A stretch of 60,000 nt of DNA from Malacoraja senta (lineage: Eukaryota). The position numbers and the translations under genes were made by a program. Shown in pieces: positions 51,975 to 60,000 of this stretch. The notes beneath the pieces are model-generated. The model searched no databases and had not been told where the DNA came from. It saw only the letters and a program-made list of their open reading frames with translations. Position 1 is the stretch's first letter; each line of letters opens with the position of its first letter. Location: assembly GCA_038087875.1 (NCBI GenBank), contig CM075998.1, positions 870,001-930,000 of the forward strand. The letters run 5' to 3'.

Positions 51975-52680
51975 TCGGAGGTACAACGGGACTTGGAAGT
52001 GCTGGTGCAGGATTCCCTAAAAGTTAATCTGCAAGTAGAATTGGTGGTAATTGTAGCATTTATTTCAAGAGGGCTAGAATACAAAATCAGGGATGTAATG
52101 CTGAGGCTCTAAGGCGCTGGTCAGGCTGCATTTGGAGTATTGTGAGCAATTTTGGGCACCATATTGCTGGAAGGATGTGCTGGCTCTGGAGAGGGTCCAG
52201 AGGAGATTTACAAGAATGATCCCAGGAATGATTGGGTTAACATATGATGAGTGTTTGATGGCACTGGGCCTGCACTCGCTGCAGTTTAGAAGAATGAGGG
52301 GGGGACCTCATTGAAATGTACAAATAGTGAAAGGCTTGGATAGAGTGGATGTGGAGAGGATGTTTCCACTAGTGGGAGAGTCTAAGACCAGAGATCATAG
52401 CCTCAGAGTTAAAGGACATTCCTTTAGGAAGGAGATGAGAAATTTCTTCAGTCAGAGGGGTGGTGAATCTGTGGAATTCTTCGCCTCAGAAGGCTGTGGA
52501 GGCTGTCAATGGATATTTTTAAGGCAGAGATAGATAGATTCTTGATTAGTGTGGGTGTCGGGGGTTATGGGGAGAAGGCAGGAGAATGGGGTTAGGAGGG
52601 AGAGATAGATCAGCCATGATTGAATGGCGGAGTAGACTTGATGGGCCGAATGGCCTAATTCTGCTCCTACCACTTAAGAC
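51975..52680 (+). mobile_element. CR1-clade LINE 3' fragment, degraded
   Basis: Frameshifted LEYCEQFWAP...QRRFTRMIPG...KGLDRVDVERMFPLVGESKTRDHSL; CR1 3' UTR. Confidence 0.9.
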
Positions 52681-52789
52681 GCTGCAATAGTAAACAGGTT
52701 CAAAGTTGGCAAGACACTCATTTAAACATTTAATTTTTGAAGTTTTAGAAATAATCTGCTTTTACTCCATACAGCAATACAAGAATTCT

Positions 52790-53490
52790 CCTACATTTTT
52801 GCCAGCTTCAACGTGATTTGACATTATCCCGCCCCCATCCCTTTCTGCTTTATGCTACAACCACTCTGCAACTTCCTGGTTTACTCATCCCTTCCCCCCT
52901 CGTCCTCTCAAGGCACTTTCCCCTATAACCACCTGCCCCTACTCCTGCTCCCTTGCCTCTTTCCGGGTGATACAGAGGTTTCTATGCACCTCCTTCAACC
53001 TCGTCTATTGCATTTGGTGCTCTAGATATGACCTCCTCTACATCGGCGATATCAAGCGTAGACTAGGCGACCATTTCGCTGAACATTTGTGTTCTGTCTG
53101 CTAAAGCCAGTGGGATCTCCCGGTTGCTACCCATTTTAACTCCCCGAACTTCACTGCCACACTGAGGCTTTATGCAAATTGGAAGAACAACACATCATGC
53201 TCCACAGCCCAACAGCATGAACATTGAATTGTCCAATTTCAGGTAACCCCTCCACTCCCCATCCCTTTCTTTCTGATCTATCCAAGTCCTCTCACTGTCG
53301 CAGCAGGCCGGGGCTGTCAACTCAGCTGGATTCCAGGCCTAGTTCTCGGACCAAGTGTCTAAAGGAGGGTCTCGACCCGAAACGTAACCTATCCGTGCTC
53401 TCCTGAGATGCTGCCAGACCTGCTGAGTTATTCCAGCACCTTGTGTCCTTTTGTGTATTAACCAGCAACTGCAGTTTTTTGTTTCTACAA
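52790..53490 (+). mobile_element. Degraded Penelope-like element 3' end with GIY-YIG motif and hammerhead-type terminal repeat
   Basis: 52985-53089 translates as CTSFNLVYCIWCSRYDLLYIGDIKRRLGDHFAEHL (VY...YIG) and the reading ends NIELSNFR* near 53246; then GGGTCTCGACCCGAAACGT and the repeat tail at 53367-53490. Confidence 0.85.
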
Positions 53491-55676
53491 CTTATATAGA
53501 ATGATATTACCGTATTCGTATAACGGACAATATCCACCCCCCCCCATGGTACGTTATTACGAGGGTTTACTGGACCGAGGAATCTAGGTGTAAGTGCATG
53601 AATCACAACAAGCTTGTAGGAAGGTGCAGCAAAATGTTACGAATGCAAATGGCATGTTGGCCTTCATTGCTGAGTAGTTGGAGTTTAGAAAGAAATGGAA
53701 GGATGTGTAGGGAAGGACTGCAGATGCTGGTTTAAATCAAAGGTAACTGAAGAAGGATTTTGACCAGAAACGTCACCCATTCCTTCTCTCCACAGATGCT
53801 GCCTGTCCCGCTGAGTTACTCCAGCATTTTGTATCTACCTTAGAAATAGGGAAGTTTTGTTGTTATTATAAAGGCTGTTTTTGAGGCCACACCTGGAGCA
53901 CTGGGTACAGTTTTGGACGAATTAAGAAAATAATACACTAACGTTGGCGTCCTGGAGTGACTCAGTAGGCCAATTCTCAAGAGGGGGTTGTCATCACTGG
54001 CTGAAAAGAGTTAGCTCTATAAGAAAGACAGCTGTTGACATCACGCAATGTGTTTGACTTGAATTTTAAACAAAAGCACGCGTTAACATTCTTAGTAATA
54101 CAAGGCAGGATTAAACCACGTTACACCAAAATAAACACATCATCACATAACAAAAAACTCAATGGCTTGAATTTGAAAAGCTTGGGATAGATATCTTGAG
54201 AATCTTTTGAGGTGTTATGCAGAAAGTAGGAACTGCAGGTGCTGGAATCTTGAGTAAAACACAAAGTACTGATGTATCTCAGTGGGTCAGGCAGCTTTTC
54301 TGGTGAACATGTCCTCTTGATGCTGCCTGGCTCACTGAGTTATCTCAACACTTTGTGGTTTGCAACGTTATGCACCTGACTGGAAAGTCAATAAAACTGC
54401 AGATGCTGGAAATCTAAAATAAGAACATGAAATGCTGGAAATACTCAGGAGGTCTTTGACTTGAAACATTAACCCTGTTCCTTTTCCCACAGACACGGCC
54501 TGACCTGCTGAATGTTTCCAGCATTTTCTGACTGGACGCAGCCTGCTTGTTTACCCCATCTCTACGTCAAGACTGCATTGAACATTTCCACTCAATTCAG
54601 AACATCACCCAGTGAACTCACTTAACATCTCAAGGGCAGTTGGGAATAGACAAAAATCTTGTCCCTGCCACCAATGTGCAGGTGCTGAGAATGCAAGCAA
54701 AATAAATGACTTATGTTCTTGCCAGTGAAACAAGGTGCTTTTGGTATTCACTCATTTTACAAGTTTTTAAAATTCTGGTTAAGTGGAAATATTCAGATGT
54801 CAAGGCAACTGATGTACCCCCTTGATGAAATAAGGCATCTCAGAGTCTTAGACTACAGGTTAGCTGAAGGCATGTGCAAACTTGATGCATGGTTTAGGAA
54901 GTTACAGAATTCTTGTTTAATGATATCCTTTTCCCACACCTAATCCAGTAGATTTTTCCAATAACCTAGTGCATTGCATCTGCTTTTGGACAAGCTGATT
55001 GGGCTGTGTTTTTATTTTTTGTTTGGTTTGTCACTTTCATTTTGTCTCCAATCACATGTGTCCATATAAAAAGTATCATTAACAAATGAACCATAATGTT
55101 CTTTTATGCATGTCTTTTTCTGCCTTGAAGATGGTCCTTAAAAACCTCCCTCTTTGACCAAGTATTTGACTGAATGCCCTTTGACTCAGAATCAGTTGTG
55201 TGTCTGGTGTTGCCTTGGGATATTTAAAAATTTTAAGGTTCCATGTAAATGTAAGTGTTGTCATTTTTTACTTAATAGTTCCACTGTCTTGATTTTAAGT
55301 CACAAATTGGAATGAAGAAAAATGCCACAGATGGTTGTGGAGGCCAAGTCAATGGATATTTTTAGGGAGATTGACAGATTCTTGATTAGTTTGGGGGTTA
55401 TGGGGCGAAGGCAGGAGAGGGAAAGATAGATCAGCCATGATTGAATGGCGGAGTAGACTCGATGGGCCGAATGGCCTAATTCTGCTCCGAGAACTTATGA
55501 AGATATACACAAGGCAGTCTAAGAATGTTATATTTGCAGTATCTTGCATTGTAACTGATACTGCTTTCATTTGCAGGCTTTTCTTTGCGCAAGTTATCTT
55601 TGAAATGTGAACAGCAACGTGCTGTGTGGGCCAGTGGATTTGAGATTAGCGGAGGTTTTCAGAAACATTTGAAAGA

Positions 55677-57791
55677 ATGGGTATGAGAATTAAACTACAC
55701 AGTGCTGATCACCCTAATAATCTTCTGAAGGAACTCAACAAGTTTAGGCTTTCCGAAATCATGTGTGATGTAATCATCGTGGTGGGCAACCGGACGTTTT
55801 CAGCACACAAGTCTGTGTTGGCGTGCGCTGCCGGTTACTTCCAGAAGCTGTTTCTCAACTCCGAGGTGAACTCCGTCAGAACATATGTGGTCGACTTCAT
55901 CACACCAGCCAACTTTGAAAGGATCTTGAACTTTATCTACACCGCAGAGCTTTTCACAGATCTCATCAACGTGGGTGTCATCTACGAGATGGCAGAGAAG
56001 CTGGGAATGCAGGATTTGCTGAAGGCTTGTTACTCCACATTCCCCGACTTGGAAAAAACACAATCGAGCAAAGTGGGAGAACGGCCAGCGGAAGACTACG
56101 CGCTTCTCCCCCTGCCCTCCAATGAGCAAAACCCGCCCAGGGGAAACTCGAGGACCACAGCATCGCAGTTTTGTCAAAGTCGAGGTTACATCATGCAGGT
56201 GGAGGTGGCAGAGGGGTTCAAGAGTGAAGAAAGACATCCCACCAATGAAAATGGACCCTCTGTGATGTACCAGCAAGCAACGAAAACTGAAGATAGCCTG
56301 AAGATGGAGTACAGCCAGCCCACATCCACTGAGAGTGTTCCCCTGGCCACCAGCAAAGCCCCTTGCGAGCTGTATGAGATTCAAAGTAATGGATATTATC
56401 AGACCAATTTACTGATGGCTGGAGAATCTCTGAAAGAAGATGGAAACAATGTTGAGCTCCAAGATCATTCAATGAAGGAAATGGAATGCATGCAGTTTGA
56501 AGGTATTGAAGCGGATGGCCTTAATTTTGATGAACACCAGGAGAGTAGGGGTGCTTCTGAAGAGGTAATAGAGCTGACAGATGATAGTGAAGATGACAGT
56601 CTGGTGTGTGTCAAGGACTGCAACACTGAAGGCAAGAGCATGCCGTGCCAGGTGTGTGGCAAGGAGTTACCGGCTAACATCTCAGTGATTCGGCAGCATG
56701 GCAAACTCCACATTGATGCCAAGGAGGGGTTGTGCAGAGTGTGTGGCACAAAGTTCACTGACAGGAGCTCTCGAATCACCCACGTTTTGTCTCACGTTGG
56801 AATTTTCCTCTTCTCGTGTGATATGTGTGAAATGAAGTTTGTGACGCAATGGCAAGTGGCTGGACACAGGAAAGCCAAACCATATGATACTAACATTATT
56901 GTGCAGCCCAATGCCATGCTCCCAACTGAGCCCAATTTTGGGGGCTCTCCAACGGAACTCTTCTGTGCAGTCTGTGGAAAGGCCATGGCTAAAGACTATC
57001 TCGCTGTGAAAGAGCACATTCTTTCTCACCTGGACATGAAAAGCCTTTCCTGCTGCGTCTGCGAGCAGCCTTCGAGATCTGTCTGTAGCCTGATGTGGCA
57101 TGTTTTGTCCCATATGAATATATCTATTTTTTCCTGTTCTGTATGTGGTAATAGCTTTGTAGATCGAACAATTCTAGAGCAACACATGGCCTCACATCAG
57201 GGTATGAAGTATTTATTTGAATGTCATTTTTGCAGTAGAAAATTCCGACTGGAGGCTTCTTATCAAAACCACGTGAAGATCCACAAGAGGCATAACTCAG
57301 ACAATGCAAAGAGTGTTACTGCTCAACACCAGTGGCTCAAAAAGACTTTAACAACGTCACTGTCAGACGAGTCTACGAGTGATGGACATGTGGCCACTCT
57401 ACAGCAGGAGTCCCTTCTCTCCCTTCCCTTAAACCACATCAAGACCACCTGCAAAGGGAACTGGTACGAATGTGAGTTTTGCAGGAAGAGGTTTTCTCAT
57501 TCCAGTGAGTTTCAGTATCACCTACGGATTCACTCAGGGGAGAAGCCCTATGAATGTAAGCTGTGCCACAAGTTCTTCAGGGGGCGATCGACTGTCAAAA
57601 ACCACCTAAAGACTCATTCCGGAGCCCTCATGTACTGCTGCACAGTGTGCCAGAGGTACTGTCCCACCCTCAACCTTATGATTAAGCATGTGGAGATGCA
57701 CAAGGATGGAGGCCTGCCTCCTGATTTTAACATTGCACAGACTTTTATGTACATCGTACATTCCAAACAGTCAGTAAAAATGATGGACTAA
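55677..57791 (+). CDS. ZBTB39: Zinc finger and BTB domain-containing protein 39, 704 aa, single coding exon
   Basis: N-terminus MGMRIKLHSADHPNNLLKELNK...AHKSVLACAAGYF (BTB/POZ), acidic EEVIELTDDSEDD linker, C2H2 fingers and C-terminal LPPDFNIAQTFMYIVHSK all match recalled human ZBTB39. Splice acceptor ttgcag ends at 55576, upstream of the ATG. Confidence 0.97.
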   Translation: MGMRIKLHSADHPNNLLKELNKFRLSEIMCDVIIVVGNRTFSAHKSVLACAAGYFQKLFLNSEVNSVRTYVVDFITPANFERILNFIYTAELFTDLINVGVIYEMAEKLGMQDLLKACYSTFPDLEKTQSSKVGERPAEDYALLPLPSNEQNPPRGNSRTTASQFCQSRGYIMQVEVAEGFKSEERHPTNENGPSVMYQQATKTEDSLKMEYSQPTSTESVPLATSKAPCELYEIQSNGYYQTNLLMAGESLKEDGNNVELQDHSMKEMECMQFEGIEADGLNFDEHQESRGASEEVIELTDDSEDDSLVCVKDCNTEGKSMPCQVCGKELPANISVIRQHGKLHIDAKEGLCRVCGTKFTDRSSRITHVLSHVGIFLFSCDMCEMKFVTQWQVAGHRKAKPYDTNIIVQPNAMLPTEPNFGGSPTELFCAVCGKAMAKDYLAVKEHILSHLDMKSLSCCVCEQPSRSVCSLMWHVLSHMNISIFSCSVCGNSFVDRTILEQHMASHQGMKYLFECHFCSRKFRLEASYQNHVKIHKRHNSDNAKSVTAQHQWLKKTLTTSLSDESTSDGHVATLQQESLLSLPLNHIKTTCKGNWYECEFCRKRFSHSSEFQYHLRIHSGEKPYECKLCHKFFRGRSTVKNHLKTHSGALMYCCTVCQRYCPTLNLMIKHVEMHKDGGLPPDFNIAQTFMYIVHSKQSVKMMD

Positions 57792-60000
57792 TCTTTTATT
57801 TTGAAAGGAAACAGACCCAATGTTGGACAAACTGTATTCTGAATTAGACATCAAATAAATTATCACTTTAATGAACAGTAGAACCTTCAAAACGTAGTAT
57901 TTTTGAGAGGATCATTGACAGAATTTTACAAAAATGTTGTAGTTGTCACTAACTTGCAATGCTAATATAACTGGTATAATGAAGTTACCATTTTACACTG
58001 TGTGTGTGTGTGGTGGGGGGGAGGTGGGGGTGGGTGTGGGTGGGTGGGTGGTTGTCAACTTATGGTTGATTGAACACAATTACCCAGACACAAGGTAGTA
58101 GCTTCGGGGCCTTAGTGGAAAAATGGATGTGTTCACATTGTCCTATCAAATATTGCTATTATAATCCCCAGGGAGTTGATTGAAATAGGTAGCGTGAGCG
58201 GTCAGGGAATGCTTTAAGTTAGAGCTTTCATTGTGCTCACTACACATTTAGTGTGACACAGGGCAGCACAGTGGCACAGCGGTCGAGTCGCTGCCCTGTG
58301 ACTATGTGGGATTTCTCTGGGCTCTCCGGTTTCCTACTACATTCCAATGACATCCTTGATGATAGTGCCTCATGTAGATGCTTTTAATGGTGCCTGTGAT
58401 GGACCGGGCTGAGATATGTGATAATTCTAAAACTAAATATCCATGAGATGGCCAAATCAGTTTACTAATGTATATTGGTATCTATAGTAACCAATACACT
58501 GTGTGTGAAAGTGGATAATTGGAAGTTTTGATTACATTTGTTAGTCCGATTGCATTCCCAGATTGCTTTTCTGAAATTCCCCAAAATTGCTTTCATTGTT
58601 GTATGTGAAATATCCATAAATGTTGCCTATATTTTTCAGTCAGAAACAGAATTTGTTTTAAATATAAACAAGTGCATTTGTGTTAATTTTATTGGACTAG
58701 CTGGAGATGAGTGTAGTCATTATTTGGTTCAGTTTGGATCTTCTCTTCTGGAATGGAGTCTTGGTTTGACTTTATGACCAGCATTTATTCTCTCATACCT
58801 GCTGATATATTTGGTTCCACTCATGGCTCAGCTGGCTGAGGTCAGCTTTCAATTAAGCTGAACCTGCTCGGGAGTCATGTTTAGGATTCCAGGTCCTTGC
58901 TGTGTTAACATCCTCCTTTGCATCCAAGTTTAGTTATGATTAGTCTTATTGCCCCTCGTCTAGTGATATGATTAGACTAACTGCTTCTTATCTAGGGGAG
59001 TACAGAATGGATATTAAAGGAAAGATGTGTAACGTGTTGTATTGCTACAGTTAGTAAATGTTTCCTGTATGCAGAGAATTTATCCAGACAGCCCAACAGT
59101 GTATCTAGTCGAGCTGCTGCCTCGTAGCTCCAGCGACCCAGGTTCAATCCTGACTTCCAACACTCAGTTTTCTGCGTGGTGTACAGCATGACACTGAACC
59201 ATAATTACAAAGATTGAACACTATCTGTTGTGAATTATTCTGCAAGTATATGTCGTGGAGCATTTAAGGTTTGCAGAAGGCATTTTTTCCCTCAACACCA
59301 GATTGAGGATGGGTCAATGCATTGGACGGGGTACTTTGAACAAAAGATTTGGGCACAAAAACCTTCCAAGTGATTCTATTAATTCGTAACAAATTAAAGA
59401 ATTTGCCACTGAATGTTACTTTTACTGAAGACTGAGGACATCTAGGGAGACAAGGAATTAATTAAACTTGGGAGTTGGAAGGTTTCTAGTGTAAATCGCA
59501 GTTGAGGAACCAAAGGGAGCTCTAATCTAGGACAGTATCAATTGAGCATAGATGCCCTATTTTATAGGCACGTCGACTATTTTGGTTTGCGAAAGTTGAA
59601 GTGATACCAAATATGGCTCTGTTTAAAATAAAACATTTGTTTCATAGGTGCTGAGACATGCGTAACCCTGTATAAATCAACAGGAAGTTTGTTTGGGTTT
59701 GTAAATTTGGCTGTCCTGTAATCTGTAGTCTCGCCCCACCTCTCTTCCAGCTGTCTCCCCCACACTACAATGTCTGAATAAGGTTCCCGACCTGAAACGT
59801 TGCCTATCCATGTTCTCCAGATATGCTGCCTGAGATGCTGAATTACTCCAGCCCTTTGTATCTCTGTCTGTAATGTAAGGTGTTGTACTCATCCCTGGTG
59901 ACTGAGGGCGGTGTGATGTGTTTGCCAGTGTGAGGGGGGGTGTCGTGCATGATTCCAGAATACATGCAATGAAGCCCATGTACGTGGTAGTGACTGTCAA

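Noticed and set aside
55800..57309. Antisense ORFs over ZBTB39
   Set aside because: Shadow frames of a real coding exon.

Overview
Vertebrate genomic DNA. The repeat content (HE1-type V-SINEs, CR1, Deu-domain SINEs, Penelope-derived elements) points to a cartilaginous fish, probably a skate or ray; that assignment is inference. There are two protein-coding genes on the + strand. (1) AGAP2/PIKE-L/centaurin-gamma1, about 854-40557. Nine GT-AG exons can be joined in phase: a long first exon carrying an apparent 1-nt frameshift, GTPase-like domain exons, then ArfGAP and ankyrin exons. All PH-domain exons are missing at a 200-N assembly gap (38106-38305). (2) ZBTB39, a single 704-aa coding exon at 55677-57791, with a CpG-island promoter near 50.0-50.9 kb preceded by a 30-bp minisatellite. 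The most striking non-genic signal is a very abundant short repeat carrying a minimal hammerhead-ribozyme core (CTGA[A/T]GA-A-GGGTCnnGACCC-GAAACGTC). It is physically linked to Penelope GIY-YIG remnants, inserts as inverted fold-back units with 12-16 bp target-site duplications, and forms tandem arrays. Also present: Harbinger-type and P/hAT-type MITEs, L2, Tx1 and RTE-like LINE ends, and long microsatellites. All identifications come from reading the sequence and recalling homologues; no searches were run.
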